Sequence record: SRR31156797_4473
DNA: 64,000 nucleotides
Reading direction: 5' to 3' (one strand)
Part shown: positions 19,526-31,160 of the stretch, one piece after another
Numbering within the stretch: position 1 is the first letter of the stretch
Layout: each line of letters begins with the position of its first letter
Program-made: the position numbers and the translations under genes
Notes under the pieces: generated by a model
The model's input: the letters and a program-made list of their open reading frames with translations, nothing else
What the model was told of the DNA's origin: nothing
The model's database searches: none

Positions 19526-22500
19526 TCAGTCAATGGTTTTAGAGAATTCCTGTACGGTTTTCACACCGATCTCTTTCTCAAGCAACGACTCAACCGCTAA
19601 TGCCATAGACCATCCGCCGGTAATGGTTGTTGAATAGGGGATGTGATAATCCAAAGCAGCCCGCCTGATAGTATACGAATCTTCAGTGGTCCTGTTACCT
19701 GCTGATGTATTGAGGATCAATTGAACCGCCCCATCTTCTATTTTATCAAGAATATGCGGTCTTCCCTGAGAAATTTTATTTACTTCTGTACAGACAATGC
19801 CAGATTCGGACAGCCTGGCTGCAGTCCCTTTAGTGGCTAGGAGGGAGTACCCAAGTTCAACCAATTTTTTGGCAACAGGTACAACCGCATCTTTGTCACC
19901 ATGGCGCACAGAAACAAAGACATTACCCTTGAGAGGTAAGCTGGAACCAGCAGCTAATTGTGCCTTTGCCAGAGCCTGGCCTAGATTATCATCTATACCC
20001 ATTACCTCGCCTGTGGATTTCATTTCAGGACCTAGCAGGGTATCCACATTTTCAAAGCGATCAAAAGGAAAAACAGCCTCTTTCACAGCCCAGTGATCAA
20101 TTTCTTTTTCCTTGGTAAAACCCAGTTCCTCAAGGCTCATGCCCATCATCACCTTGGTGGCGATCTTGGCCAACTCTACCCCGGTTGCCTTGGAGACAAA
20201 GGGAACTGTTCGTGAAGCCCGTGGATTTACTTCCAGTATATATAGGATATCACCTTTCACAGCAAACTGAACGTTCATCAATCCAATGACACCGAGTTCC
20301 TCGGCCATGGCCTTACTCGCCCTTGTAATTTCTTCTACCATGGCAGTGGGCAGGGTATGGGGCGGCAAAACGCAGGCAGAATCACCTGAATGAATTCCTG
20401 CCTCTTCTATATGCTGCATAATGCCGCCGACAACTGTCATCGTTCCATCAGAGACAGCATCCACATCAACTTCGATGGCATCTTTTAAAAATTTGTCAAG
20501 CAACACGGGATGTTCAGCCCCGGCTATACCCGGCAAATTCATAAAGTCACGAATGCCCTCTTCATTGTAAACAATGCGCATATCTCGCCCACCGAGTACG
20601 TACGACGGCCTCATGACTACAGGATAACCGATCTCATCAGCCACCCGAAGTGCCTCCTCTAGAGTGTGGGCCGTTCCATTCTCAGGCTGGCGAAGACCAA
20701 GCTTCTGCAGAAACTGCTGAAACCGTTTTCTGTCCTCTGCCCGGTCTATGGCATCAGGAGGGGTTCCGATAATAGGAACACCAACTTTATCCAGGGTCAT
20801 GGCAAGATTCAGCGGCGTCTGGCCGCCAAACTGAACAATAACCCCATCTGGCTTTTCCCGTTCAATGATGTTCAGAACATCTTCTCTGGTCAAAGGTTCA
20901 AAATAAAGTTTATCGGAAGTATCGTAATCCGTTGAGACTGTCTCCGGATTGGAGTTGACCATTATTGACTCAACCCCGATCTCCTCCAACGCAAAAGAAG
21001 CATGAACACAGCAATAGTCAAATTCTATTCCCTGTCCGATACGGTTAGGACCGCCGCCTAAAATAATGATTTTTTTCCGATCAGTTACCTCGACCTCATC
21101 TTCCTGCTCATAGGTCGAATAGTAGTATGGAGTATACGATTCAAACTCGGCGGCACAGGTATCAACGAGCTTATAAACAGGCTCCAGCCCTTCTTTAACT
21201 CGCAACTGGCGAATATCTTCCTCAGAAGTACCGGTAAGGTTAGCCAGCTGAACATCAGAAAAACCATATTGTTTAGCTAAGTAAAGTGCATCACGGTCCA
21301 GACCGGTAAAGCCTTTTTCACCAATTTCCTTACCCTTTTCCACTATCTGCCGAAAATTATACAGAAACCAAGGATCGATGTGGCTCAATTCATAGATTCG
21401 CTCAACAGCGATGCCACGCCTCAAGGCCTCAAAGAGATAGCTTAAACGGCGTGAATTGGGCTGTGTAAGACCGCGATCCAAATCATCCTGGTGCAGGTCG
21501 TGCATTTCTTCCTTCCGGTCAAACCCAAATCCCATACGACCGATTTCCAAAGAGCGAACTCCTTTCTGGAATGCTTCCTTAAAGGTTCTCCCCATGGCCA
21601 TTGTTTCACCGACCGATTTCATTGCAGTAGTTAGAATATCATCAGTTTCCGGAAATTTTTCAAAGGTCCAGCGAGGAATTTTGACTACGCAATAATCAAT
21701 GGTCGGCTCAAACGAAGCATAGGTCTCGCGGGTGATATCATTTTTAATTTCATCCAGCGTGTAGCCTACAGCCAGTTTAGCCGCAATTTTTGCTATTGGA
21801 AATCCAGTAGCCTTGGAGGCCAGTGCGGAAGAACGAGAAACCCTGGGGTTCATCTCGATGATCATCAATTCGCCGTCTGCAGGATTAACCGCAAACTGTA
21901 CGTTAGAGCCGCCGGTTTCCACCCCAATTTCACGAATAATGGCAATGGCGGCATCGCGCATTTCCTGATATTCGCGATCAGTAAGTGTTTGTGCTGGAGC
22001 AACAGTGATGGAGTCGCCGGTGTGGACGCCCATCGCGTCAATATTTTCAATGGAGCAAATAATGACCACATTGTCATTCTTGTCACGCATGACCTCAAGC
22101 TCGTACTCCTTCCAACCGAGCAGGCTCCTCTCAACCATCACCTCTGTGGTCATGGACAGGTCAAGTCCGGCCGTGGCGAGTTCCTTGAGTTCGGTCTTGT
22201 TGTAGGCAACGCCGCCTCCGGTTCCTCCCAGGGTGAAACTCGGTCGGACAATTACTGGAAAGCCAATCGCGGTGCCAGCATCCATTGCATCCTCTAGGGT
22301 ATGCACGATTGCTGATTCAGGAACCTTCAGGTTAATTTTCCGCATGGCATCCCGAAACTCTTCACGCCCTTCCGCCTTTTGAATAACGTCAATATCGGCG
22401 GCAAGCATTTCTACGCCATATTTTTCAAGCACCCCCATCTCAGCTACCTTGATGGCAGTATTGAGCCCGGTTTGACCGCCTAAAGTCGGCAGCAGGGCAT

Positions 22501-22750
22501 CCGGTCGTTCACGTTCTATCACCTTCGCCACACATTCCGGTGTGATAGGTTCTATGTACGTGCGGTCAGCAAGCCCAGGGTCGGTCATGATGGTGGCGGG
22601 GTTCGAGTTAATCAGAACCACCTCAAACCCTTCTTCTTTCAAAGCCTTGACAGCCTGGGCTCCAGAGTAATCAAATTCACAGGCCTGGCTGATTATAATC
22701 GGCCCGGAGCCAATGATGAGAATTTTACTAATATCTGTTCGTTTAGGCAT
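19526..22750 (-). CDS. carB: Carbamoyl-phosphate synthase large chain
   Basis: [22 protein letters not shown], duplicated ATP-grasp domains, [10 protein letters not shown]. Confidence 0.98.
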   Translation of the reverse strand: MPKRTDISKILIIGSGPIIISQACEFDYSGAQAVKALKEEGFEVVLINSNPATIMTDPGLADRTYIEPITPECVAKVIERERPDALLPTLGGQTGLNTAIKVAEMGVLEKYGVEMLAADIDVIQKAEGREEFRDAMRKINLKVPESAIVHTLEDAMDAGTAIGFPVIVRPSFTLGGTGGGVAYNKTELKELATAGLDLSMTTEVMVERSLLGWKEYELEVMRDKNDNVVIICSIENIDAMGVHTGDSITVAPAQTLTDREYQEMRDAAIAIIREIGVETGGSNVQFAVNPADGELMIIEMNPRVSRSSALASKATGFPIAKIAAKLAVGYTLDEIKNDITRETYASFEPTIDYCVVKIPRWTFEKFPETDDILTTAMKSVGETMAMGRTFKEAFQKGVRSLEIGRMGFGFDRKEEMHDLHQDDLDRGLTQPNSRRLSYLFEALRRGIAVERIYELSHIDPWFLYNFRQIVEKGKEIGEKGFTGLDRDALYLAKQYGFSDVQLANLTGTSEEDIRQLRVKEGLEPVYKLVDTCAAEFESYTPYYYSTYEQEDEVEVTDRKKIIILGGGPNRIGQGIEFDYCCVHASFALEEIGVESIMVNSNPETVSTDYDTSDKLYFEPLTREDVLNIIEREKPDGVIVQFGGQTPLNLAMTLDKVGVPIIGTPPDAIDRAEDRKRFQQFLQKLGLRQPENGTAHTLEEALRVADEIGYPVVMRPSYVLGGRDMRIVYNEEGIRDFMNLPGIAGAEHPVLLDKFLKDAIEVDVDAVSDGTMTVVGGIMQHIEEAGIHSGDSACVLPPHTLPTAMVEEITRASKAMAEELGVIGLMNVQFAVKGDILYILEVNPRASRTVPFVSKATGVELAKIATKVMMGMSLEELGFTKEKEIDHWAVKEAVFPFDRFENVDTLLGPEMKSTGEVMGIDDNLGQALAKAQLAAGSSLPLKGNVFVSVRHGDKDAVVPVAKKLVELGYSLLATKGTAARLSESGIVCTEVNKISQGRPHILDKIEDGAVQLILNTSAGNRTTEDSYTIRRAALDYHIPYSTTITGGWSMALAVESLLEKEIGVKTVQEFSKTID

Positions 22751-22771
22751 GATTCGTTATCAAATAATAGA

Positions 22772-23887
22772 TCAGGATGAATGCTGCATGAGTTCAATAA
22801 AACGGCCAAATAAATACTCTGCATCATGGGGGCCTGGAGCATATTCAGGGTGATACTGCACTGAAAACGCGGGATACTGCATATGCCGCATGCCTTCCAG
22901 GCTGTTATCATTGAGGTTAATATGAGTTACCTCAACTTCGGGTGGTAATTTTTCTGGATCAACACAAAACCCATGGTTCTGCGAGGTTATTTCAATCTTG
23001 CCAGTGGTAAGATCCTTTACAGGCTGATTAGCTCCACGGTGCCCAAACTTGAGCTTGTAGGTTGAGCCACCATAAGCAAGAGCGAGCATCTGGTGTCCAA
23101 GACAAATACCAAAAATAGGTTTAACTCCGAGTAATTGCCTTATATTTTCAACGACACCCTCAACACCGGCAGGGTCTCCCGGGCCATTGGAGAGGAAAAT
23201 CCCATCTGGCTCAAGCGCCAGGACCTGAGCAGCAGAAGTTGTGGCTGGTACCACCACCACCTGACACCCGTACTGTTTGAGAAGCCGGAGCTGGTTGTAC
23301 TTCACCCCAAAATCAAACGCAACGACCTTAAATGTTTCTTTTCCACCATCTTCAAATCCCTTTCCCTGCTCAGGACCGTTATCTGTCCAGAGATAAGGGG
23401 TGTCACAGCTCACCCTCTTGACCATATCGCGGCCAACCACTCCTGGCCATTGTCGGGCTCTCTGTACTAAAGAATCACCATCCAAATCTTCAGTGGAAAT
23501 GACTGCTTTCATGGCCCCACTGTTCCGTATCAGTCGGGTAAGCATCCGGGTATCAACGCCTTCAACACCCAGCACATTATACTGTTGAAGAAAGGATGCT
23601 AAATCAGAGGTAGATCGAAAATTACTGGGCTGAGATTGATACTCTCTCATTAAAAATGCTCGTGGATGAACTCCCGCAGACTCCATGTCCTCAGCATTGA
23701 CACCATAGTTGCCAATCAAGGGATATGTCATAGTCACTAATTGCGCAGTATACGAAGGGTCGGTCAACACCTCCTGGTATCCGCTCATGCTGGTGTTAAA
23801 AACAATTTCGCCCAGAGCCTCCCCGGGACCTGTAAATGAATATCCTGATATTACTGTGCCGTCTTCAAGCCCAATCAATGCTTTCAT
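22772..23887 (-). CDS. carA: Carbamoyl-phosphate synthase small chain
   Basis: GEIVFNTSMSGYQE, LSNGPGDP, GICLGHQ, QYHPE. Confidence 0.98.
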   Translation of the reverse strand: MKALIGLEDGTVISGYSFTGPGEALGEIVFNTSMSGYQEVLTDPSYTAQLVTMTYPLIGNYGVNAEDMESAGVHPRAFLMREYQSQPSNFRSTSDLASFLQQYNVLGVEGVDTRMLTRLIRNSGAMKAVISTEDLDGDSLVQRARQWPGVVGRDMVKRVSCDTPYLWTDNGPEQGKGFEDGGKETFKVVAFDFGVKYNQLRLLKQYGCQVVVVPATTSAAQVLALEPDGIFLSNGPGDPAGVEGVVENIRQLLGVKPIFGICLGHQMLALAYGGSTYKLKFGHRGANQPVKDLTTGKIEITSQNHGFCVDPEKLPPEVEVTHINLNDNSLEGMRHMQYPAFSVQYHPEYAPGPHDAEYLFGRFIELMQHSS

Positions 23888-23905
23888 AAAGTGTCTTTTA
23901 TCATT

Positions 23906-25255
23906 TTATTGTGAAAAATCTGAATAATGCCTGGGAGGCGTTTCAGTACTACGTGTTCTTTCTTTATTTTCCAGAAGGTCTATTACCAGAGCAACCTGCT
24001 TTTCAACAATCTCAGCACCGCTTAAAACCAAACTTTTCGCCTGGTCACATGCTTGGCTGTATTTTTCAGGATATTGGCCATGGTCTTTCAATAGATGGGC
24101 CAACTGATCGGCATTTTTAACAGAAAAGCCGCACCCGGCTGCCTCAAGCAGCTTTGCTTCCTGGCGGAAATCATTCATAAAAGGACCATAATATACTGGG
24201 CGCTCCTGTTGAACAGGTTCGAGTATATTATGCCCACCCCGTTCAACCAGGCTGCCTCCACAGAAATTATAGTCACCGGCGCTGTACAAGTCGACTAAAT
24301 CACCCATGGTATTCACTAAAATAACAGGATGGGTCCGTTTCACGCCATTTTTCAAGTCAGTATAATAGTGAAATTGAAATCCTGTCCTCAACAACAACTC
24401 TCCAATTTCCTTTACCCGCTCAAGGTGCCTGGGCACAATTACCCACAGTATGTCAAACTGTAAGGAAAGCTGTTTATACACACCAATCAGTTGTTCCTCT
24501 TCTCCCGAATGGGTAGAACCGCAAATAAAAAGTTTCTCTGCACCCACCTGAAGAACCTTGCGGTACCGATTTCTGCGGCTGGGAACATCACATTTTACCA
24601 TGGCTGATTTCACATTACCGCAAACCTGTACGCGGTCAGAGGCTGCACCAAGACTGGAAAAACGCGAAGCATCCTCATCAGTGATGGTCGCAATCCGTTG
24701 AAAACCCTGCAGCAACTGGCCCATAAAGGTCTTTATGTATAAATATCGCTGAAAAGAACGTTCAGACAAACGCCCATTCAACAAAGCAGCAGCTATACCT
24801 CTCGCCCTCAACGAACTCAGCATAACCGGCCAAAGTTCTGTCTCCAGACAGACATATACGTCTGGGGCTATCTTCTGCAGAGCCCTGGCAACAACCATCG
24901 GCACATCAAGAGGCGCCATGAAGCATGGGATTTCTTCAGGAAACAGTTTTTTCGCGACCTTGTTTCCATGTTCGGTGGTTGTGGTCAAAACAACACTCAA
25001 ACACGGTAATTCCTGCAAGAGCGCATTTGCAACAATGACAGCGGCACGGACTTCACCAACAGACGAGGCATGCAACCAAAGCCTTTTCTGGTTCTTAATC
25101 TCAGGCAAAAGGTAATCATTATACAACCCGAGTCGCTGCTCAAGTCCGTAACTGTACCTTTTCCCTAAATGCTTGAGTAAGGGAAATAACAGGTGTAGAA
25201 GAAGATAAACACCCGTTCCGACGATACGGTATCCCAAGTACAGAATATTGTTCAC
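23906..25255 (-). CDS. waaA: 3-deoxy-D-manno-octulosonic acid transferase
   Basis: WLHASSVGE, ETELWP, NGRLS, GSTH, PRHLER, GGHNILEP. Confidence 0.92.
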   Translation of the reverse strand: MNNILYLGYRIVGTGVYLLLHLLFPLLKHLGKRYSYGLEQRLGLYNDYLLPEIKNQKRLWLHASSVGEVRAAVIVANALLQELPCLSVVLTTTTEHGNKVAKKLFPEEIPCFMAPLDVPMVVARALQKIAPDVYVCLETELWPVMLSSLRARGIAAALLNGRLSERSFQRYLYIKTFMGQLLQGFQRIATITDEDASRFSSLGAASDRVQVCGNVKSAMVKCDVPSRRNRYRKVLQVGAEKLFICGSTHSGEEEQLIGVYKQLSLQFDILWVIVPRHLERVKEIGELLLRTGFQFHYYTDLKNGVKRTHPVILVNTMGDLVDLYSAGDYNFCGGSLVERGGHNILEPVQQERPVYYGPFMNDFRQEAKLLEAAGCGFSVKNADQLAHLLKDHGQYPEKYSQACDQAKSLVLSGAEIVEKQVALVIDLLENKERTRSTETPPRHYSDFSQ

Positions 25256-25444
25256 ATGAGCACCGGCTTATTGAAATCGAAAGCGCAAAAACATTGTATT
25301 AAAACAGGATTAATGGCGTCAGTCAACAAAGTTCAATCAAAATTCGACAAAACGCCCCTACCAGTATCTCATACGTTTATTTTCAACAGCACGATGACCA
25401 GCCTTAGAGGAAGTACAATCGCCCATCTGCAGTAGAATTTTTCA

Positions 25445-25473
25445 TTGACATTCCGTCTTTTGATTTGTAAGCA
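25445..25473 (+). promoter_or_regulatory. Candidate sigma70 promoter for the PPIase gene
   Basis: TTGACA-17 nt-TAAGCA (weak -10). Confidence 0.3.
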
Positions 25474-25648
25474 ACCCAGACTATTCTTAGTAAGCTTTCC
25501 CCAAAGGCCAACACTCTCCCAACCGGGAGTTTAAAGTGCCCTTACGGCACGCGTTTATGTAAATATTACTGGAAAGTCAACCATACGTTCCTTCTTCATC
25601 GGTCACTGGCCAGGCTACACGGAACGAACAGACATGCCGGAGACGACA

Positions 25649-26689
25649 ATGAACAAATGGCTCACAATTCTACTCCTGACTGCGTTGCTTTTTGGACTCG
25701 GACAACCGGTATCAGCAAAAAATGAGGAAAAAAAAATGAAAGATGGATTATACGCTAAAATAAACACCCAAAAAGGGGAGATACTCCTCAAGCTGTACTA
25801 TGATAAAACCCCACTGACAGTGATTAATTTTGTTGGACTGGCAGAAGGCAGTCTGCACCTGGGAGGATTTGACAAACCAACGGACAAGTCCTTTTATGAC
25901 GGTCTCACTTTTCACAGAGTGATTGACAACTTTATGATCCAGGGCGGGTGTCCGTTGGGAACAGGCACAGGCGGACCAGGCTATACCTTTCCGGACGAAT
26001 TTGATCCTTCATTAAAGCACAACAAACCCGGGATTTTATCCATGGCCAATGCCGGCCCAGCAACAAATGGCAGTCAATTTTTCATTACCCATGTTCCGAC
26101 ACCCCACCTTGACGGCAAACATACTGTTTTTGGAAGAGTAGTGGAAGGCCAGGACGTTGTCAATGCTATTGCCCAAGGCGATGTTATTGAGCAAATCGAA
26201 ATTATCCGAGTCGGAAAGGACGCCGAAAGATTCAAAACCAACCAGGCTGCTTTTGACAGCGCAATGGCAGAAATTGAGGATTCGCAAAACGGCGCGTTGA
26301 AAAAAGAGAAGGAAAAAATCAAAAAACTGATCAAAGACAAGTGGCCCGAAGCCCACAAAACCCGCTCAGGGCTCTATTATCAGATTGAAGCGGAAGGCAG
26401 CGGCCCCACACCCAAGAAAGGCGATGTTATCAGCGCCCACTATACTGGTCGTCTCCTTTCTAACAATAAAAAGTTTGACAGTTCCTATGACCGTAAGGAA
26501 CCCATTCAGTTTCCAATAGGCGAAGGAAGGGTGATTCGTGGATGGGATGAAGCTCTTATCGCGATGAAAAAAGGAGAAAAACGCACCCTTATTATTCCAC
26601 CAAGCCTGGCTTACGGGGAACAAGGCGCGGGAGGAGTAATCCCCCCCAATGCATGGCTGGTCTTTGATGTGGAACTCGTTGACTTTTAG
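25649..26689 (+). CDS. Dual-family peptidyl-prolyl isomerase (cyclophilin + FKBP) with signal peptide
   Basis: [27 protein letters not shown] (cyclophilin); [31 protein letters not shown] (FKBP). ATG25649 follows GGAG; the ORF track starts at 25634. Confidence 0.92.
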   Translation: MNKWLTILLLTALLFGLGQPVSAKNEEKKMKDGLYAKINTQKGEILLKLYYDKTPLTVINFVGLAEGSLHLGGFDKPTDKSFYDGLTFHRVIDNFMIQGGCPLGTGTGGPGYTFPDEFDPSLKHNKPGILSMANAGPATNGSQFFITHVPTPHLDGKHTVFGRVVEGQDVVNAIAQGDVIEQIEIIRVGKDAERFKTNQAAFDSAMAEIEDSQNGALKKEKEKIKKLIKDKWPEAHKTRSGLYYQIEAEGSGPTPKKGDVISAHYTGRLLSNNKKFDSSYDRKEPIQFPIGEGRVIRGWDEALIAMKKGEKRTLIIPPSLAYGEQGAGGVIPPNAWLVFDVELVDF

Positions 26690-26719
26690 CATGTAAAAGA
26701 CTTCGCAACTAGTTCAACA

Positions 26720-26752
26720 AGGCGGGATCCTTCGGGAATACCCGCTTTTTTT
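26720..26752 (+). terminator. Intrinsic terminator after the PPIase gene
   Basis: GCGGG...CCCGC stem with C(UUCG)G loop followed by T7. Confidence 0.75.
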
Positions 26753-26773
26753 ATTCCCATTTGAAGCTGAAAA

Positions 26774-27691
26774 ATGAACAACCAAAATATTACTGCGGGT
26801 ATCTATATCCGGCTCATATTGACCATGATATTTTGGGGCGGGACATTTGTCGCTGGACGGATTGCCTCACAAGCGATGCACCCTATTGCAGCAGCAACAG
26901 GAAGGTTTACCCTGGCCTCCGTGATTCTGCTCAGCTTTATCTATTTTAAGGAGAGGCGCTTCCAAAGACTCAGCCTGCTAGAGTGGGGAGCAATGACATT
27001 ACTGGGCCTCACAGGAGTCTTTACTTACAACCTTTTCTTTTTCTCCGGCCTACAATTGGTTGAGGCAGGCAGAGCATCGATGATCATCGCAGCTAATCCA
27101 GTGGTCACCACCATATTGGCAGTTATTTTATTCAAAGAGCGATTTAACGGCAGTCGGATCCTGGGGATTTTGCTTTCTGTCACCGGCGCTCTTATTGTTA
27201 TTTCACACGGTAATTTGATGCTGCTATTTCAAGGGTCCATAGGCTCCGGCGAACTCTGCATCTTAGGTGCTGTTTTGAGTTGGTCTGCCTACACACTGCT
27301 CGGTAGGAAGTTGCTGACATCCACCATATCCCCCCTCACCGCTGTTACCTACTCCTGTTGCACGGGGTCCCTGTTACTGCTTCCCACACTGTTTTTGTCG
27401 GGTAAGAGTTTTGATCTTGTAACCTTTTCTCTACCGGGAAGCTGCGCTTTAATTTACTTGGCCTTCTTTGGTACGACCCTGGGGTTTATCTGGTTTTACG
27501 AGGGGGTGCAGCAACTGGGGGCTGGCAGAGCATCTCTTTTTATTAACCTTGTTCCAGTAAGTGGAATCCTTTCAGGGGTTATTATCCTGGGTGAACACGT
27601 TGATCTTTCTCTAGTTATTGGCGGTGCACTTGTCATGTTCGGCCTCCTGCTTATTAACCGCCGATATCATCAAAGGCCATTACCCAGCTAG
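26774..27691 (+). CDS. EamA/DMT family transporter
   Basis: About 10 hydrophobic segments, IFWGGTF, duplicated EamA halves (LFKER, ILGEH). Confidence 0.9.
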   Translation: MNNQNITAGIYIRLILTMIFWGGTFVAGRIASQAMHPIAAATGRFTLASVILLSFIYFKERRFQRLSLLEWGAMTLLGLTGVFTYNLFFFSGLQLVEAGRASMIIAANPVVTTILAVILFKERFNGSRILGILLSVTGALIVISHGNLMLLFQGSIGSGELCILGAVLSWSAYTLLGRKLLTSTISPLTAVTYSCCTGSLLLLPTLFLSGKSFDLVTFSLPGSCALIYLAFFGTTLGFIWFYEGVQQLGAGRASLFINLVPVSGILSGVIILGEHVDLSLVIGGALVMFGLLLINRRYHQRPLPS

Positions 27692-27801
27692 TGTCCTAGC
27701 ATTTCTAACAGAAAAAAAGTTCCTATTATTACCGAAACTAACACATTACAGGGCACTAGGTTTAGAGACCACACCCCAGCTTATTGCTGTGATCGATTCA
27801 G

Positions 27802-28770
27802 TTAATATTTCAATCCTATTCGATCTCGGGCCAGGTCAAGGGTAACCGTTGCCTTTTCACGAGCCTTTTCCGCTCCTCCGGCAAGAACATCACGCAGGTA
27901 ATCAAGATTATTCAGCAGATCTTTCTTTTTAGCCCTTGCATCGGCAAAATAGTCATTGACCAATTCAAAAAGATCCTGTTTCAAATACCCGTAGGCAGCA
28001 CCACCATTGACATAGAGATCATGCACCTCTGCCAATTTTTCAGGAGATGCAAACAACTTGAGCAAAGCATAGAGATTACACGTCTCCGGATTCTTTGGAT
28101 CTTCCACTGGGGTAGAATCAGTTTGGATTGACATTACTACTTTTCGCAACGGTTTCTCATCCAAAAAAATGGGAATGGTGTTCCCGTAGGACTTGGACAT
28201 TTTTTGACCGTCCAATCCGGGAACGATTGCTGTTGATCCGCTGATAGCCGGTTCCGGTACCACAAAAGTCTCACCAAAGGTATTATTGAACTTCATGGCT
28301 ATATCGCGTGCTACTTCCAGATGCTGCTTTTGATCTTTGCCAACTGGAACGACTTCTGCCTGATACAAGAGGATATCAGCAGCCATAAGTACAGGGTAGG
28401 AGAAAAGGCCATGACTTGGTGCTATATTTTTTGCAACCTTGTCCTTATAGGAATGACATCGTTCCAAAAGCCCCATCGGGGTAATGGTCGACAGCATCCA
28501 GGTCAACTCACACACCTCAGGCACATCTGACTGCACCCAGAAGGTACAGCGTTCGGGATCAAGACCGAGAGCAAGGAAATCCGCAGCAGCCTCAAGGGTG
28601 CCCTGCTGCAGACGCTCACGGTCATGCACTGATGTCAGTGCATGGAGATCGACAATAAACACGTACAGATCCGATGACTCCATTTGGCGAATCATGGTCT
28701 GCATCATGCCAAAATAATTTCCAATGTGTAATTTGCCGGAAGGTTGAATACCCGATAATATGCGTTTCAT
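27802..28770 (-). CDS. trpS: Tryptophan--tRNA ligase
   Basis: SGIQPSGKLHIGNY (HIGH motif), VPVGKDQKQH, KMSKS. Confidence 0.97.
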   Translation of the reverse strand: MKRILSGIQPSGKLHIGNYFGMMQTMIRQMESSDLYVFIVDLHALTSVHDRERLQQGTLEAAADFLALGLDPERCTFWVQSDVPEVCELTWMLSTITPMGLLERCHSYKDKVAKNIAPSHGLFSYPVLMAADILLYQAEVVPVGKDQKQHLEVARDIAMKFNNTFGETFVVPEPAISGSTAIVPGLDGQKMSKSYGNTIPIFLDEKPLRKVVMSIQTDSTPVEDPKNPETCNLYALLKLFASPEKLAEVHDLYVNGGAAYGYLKQDLFELVNDYFADARAKKKDLLNNLDYLRDVLAGGAEKAREKATVTLDLARDRIGLKY

Positions 28771-29021
28771 AGGTGGTTTGTATAATAATTAACAGTAAAT
28801 AAAAAATGAGTGAACTCGCGTAAAAAGTCCATCGCCTGCTTCAAGATAATTAAGTAAAAACATAGATCGACCAGATAAATGCACAAAGCAAAACTCCGAG
28901 CGTGGTCTTTTTTATGGTGTCAAGGCATATGTAGGATATGCTCAGTGGTATAATGTCACCAGGCAGATCCCCGAAATTTTACTACGCCATCAAAATTGAC
29001 AGATCATCTATAGCGCAAAAC

Positions 29022-29060
29022 AAAAAAAAATGGGAGTGCAGATTAAACTGCCCTCCCATT
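29022..29060 (-). terminator. Intrinsic terminator after dnaK
   Basis: Stem tgggagtgcag/ctgccctccca (one mismatch) with T9 tail on the minus strand. Confidence 0.75.
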
Positions 29061-29091
29061 CGTACAAAAAAGAAGATAATTAAGGCTTTGC

Positions 29092-31044
29092 TTATTTTAC
29101 CTCTTCAAAGTCAGCATCAACGACATCATCATCGTCATTTTTACCGCCTGTAGCGCCTCCGGCAGCGCCTGCTGCACCGGCACCTGCAGCACCAGCCCCT
29201 GCAGCTCCGGCTCCGGCCCCACCGCCAGGTTGATCCTGTGATGCCTGAGCATACATCAGCTCAGCAAGTTTGTGTGACGCTTGTGTCAGAGCTTCTGTTG
29301 CAGCCTTAATGGCATCAACATCATCGGTCTCAAGCGCTTTTTTCAAATTCTCAATTTCCTTCTCCACATTTCCCTTGGTCTCGGCATCAACCTTATCACC
29401 AAGCTCAGTCAAGCTCTTTTGGGTCATGTGGATCATTGAGTCGCCGTTATTCTTAGCCTCAACAAGTTCCTTGCGTTTCTTATCTTCATCGGCATGCAAC
29501 TCTGCATCCTTCTGCATTCTCTCGATTTCTTCTTCCGAGAGGCCAGATGAGGCAGTAATACGGATGGACTGCTCTTTGTTGGTCCCAAGATCTTTTGCAG
29601 AAACATGGAGGATACCATTGGCATCCAGGTCAAAGGCAACCTCAATCTGCGGCACACCGCGCGGTGCTGGCGGAATGTCAGCCAGTTCAAACCGGCCGAT
29701 GGTTTTATTGTCCTGGGCCATTTCACGCTCACCCTGGAGCACATGAATGGAAACAGCAGGCTGATTATCGGCAGCTGTTGAGAAAACCTGGCTTTTCTTT
29801 GTTGGTACAGTTGTATTCTTCTCGATCAGCTTGGTCATTACCCCACCGAGAGTTTCAATACCAAGCGAAAGCGGAGTAACATCGAGCAGCAGCACATCCT
29901 TCACGTCACCCTGAAGCACGCCACCCTGAATGGCTGCCCCAATAGCAACAACTTCATCAGGATTTACACCCTTATGGGGGTCTTTACCAAAAATGGATTT
30001 AACCTTTTCCTGTACCTTAGGCATACGGGACATACCACCGACAAGAATAACCTCATCAATCTCTGACGCGTTGAGTCCGGCATCGGCAAGTGCGGTCTTG
30101 CATGGACCTGCAGTACGTTCAATCAGATCTTCTACCAGCGTCTCCAATTTGGCGCGGCTCAGCTTGATATTGAGATGCTTTGGCCCGGATGCATCTGCAG
30201 TAATGAACGGCAGATTAATATCTGTCTCCATTGCAGTAGAAAGCTCTTTCTTCGCTTTTTCAGCCTCTTCCTTTAACCGCTGCAAGGCCATGTTGTCGCT
30301 GCGAAGATCCACGCCGTTGTCACGCTTGAATTCGTCAGCAAGCCAGTTAACGATCCGCATATCAAAGTCTTCACCGCCAAGAAAGGTGTCACCATTGGTG
30401 GATTTGACCTCAAATACCCCATCGCCGATCTCAAGAATGGAAACATCAAAGGTTCCGCCGCCAAGATCAAAAACTGCGATTTTTTCTTCACCTTTTTTAT
30501 CCAGACCATAGGCAAGGGAAGCTGCGGTCGGCTCGTTGATAATACGTTGCACATTCAGACCTGCAATTTTCCCTGCATCCTTTGTTGCCTGGCGCTGGGC
30601 ATCATTGAAGTATGCGGGAACGGTGACAACAGCATCTTCAACAGGCTCACCCAAGTACTCTTCCGCAGTCTGCTTCATTTTACCGAGGATCATCGCGGAT
30701 ACTTCAGCAGCTGAATACGTTTTCCCCTCAACTTCAACAACAGCGTCACCACCAGGCCCTTCAACAATTTTGAAAGGACTGATATCAATTGATTTTTTCA
30801 CTTCCAAATCGGTAAACTTTCGCCCAACAAGCCGTTTGATGGCAAAAAGGGTTCGAGTAGGATTGGTAACAGCCTGCCGCTTTGCAACCTGTCCTACCAG
30901 ACGTTCCCCATTGTCTGGAAATGCAACAATTGAGGGGGTGGTTCTGTTTCCCTCACTATTTTCAATGACCTTTGGATCACCGCCCTCCATGATGGATACA
31001 CAACAGTTGGTAGTACCCAGGTCAATGCCTATAATTTTACCCAT
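29092..31044 (-). CDS. dnaK: Chaperone DnaK
   Basis: [31 protein letters not shown]-terminus. Confidence 0.99.
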   Translation of the reverse strand: MGKIIGIDLGTTNCCVSIMEGGDPKVIENSEGNRTTPSIVAFPDNGERLVGQVAKRQAVTNPTRTLFAIKRLVGRKFTDLEVKKSIDISPFKIVEGPGGDAVVEVEGKTYSAAEVSAMILGKMKQTAEEYLGEPVEDAVVTVPAYFNDAQRQATKDAGKIAGLNVQRIINEPTAASLAYGLDKKGEEKIAVFDLGGGTFDVSILEIGDGVFEVKSTNGDTFLGGEDFDMRIVNWLADEFKRDNGVDLRSDNMALQRLKEEAEKAKKELSTAMETDINLPFITADASGPKHLNIKLSRAKLETLVEDLIERTAGPCKTALADAGLNASEIDEVILVGGMSRMPKVQEKVKSIFGKDPHKGVNPDEVVAIGAAIQGGVLQGDVKDVLLLDVTPLSLGIETLGGVMTKLIEKNTTVPTKKSQVFSTAADNQPAVSIHVLQGEREMAQDNKTIGRFELADIPPAPRGVPQIEVAFDLDANGILHVSAKDLGTNKEQSIRITASSGLSEEEIERMQKDAELHADEDKKRKELVEAKNNGDSMIHMTQKSLTELGDKVDAETKGNVEKEIENLKKALETDDVDAIKAATEALTQASHKLAELMYAQASQDQPGGGAGAGAAGAGAAGAGAAGAAGGATGGKNDDDDVVDADFEEVK

Positions 31045-31160
31045 AACGCTTCTCCTATCTCCTTAAATAATCAGCTATAAGCTGTAAAAATACTCTAATA
31101 AATATTTATTATAATCTTATCTGAACCTGTTTTCCTGCTTAGAGGAATGTGGGGTTTTGC

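Noticed and set aside
29270..31066. Long plus-strand ORFs (158, 193, 176 aa) antisense to dnaK; similar ones opposite ahcY, ftsH, asd and the glt genes
   Set aside because: Typical shadow ORFs opposite conserved genes: Ser/Pro/Thr-rich, no motifs, no RBS.
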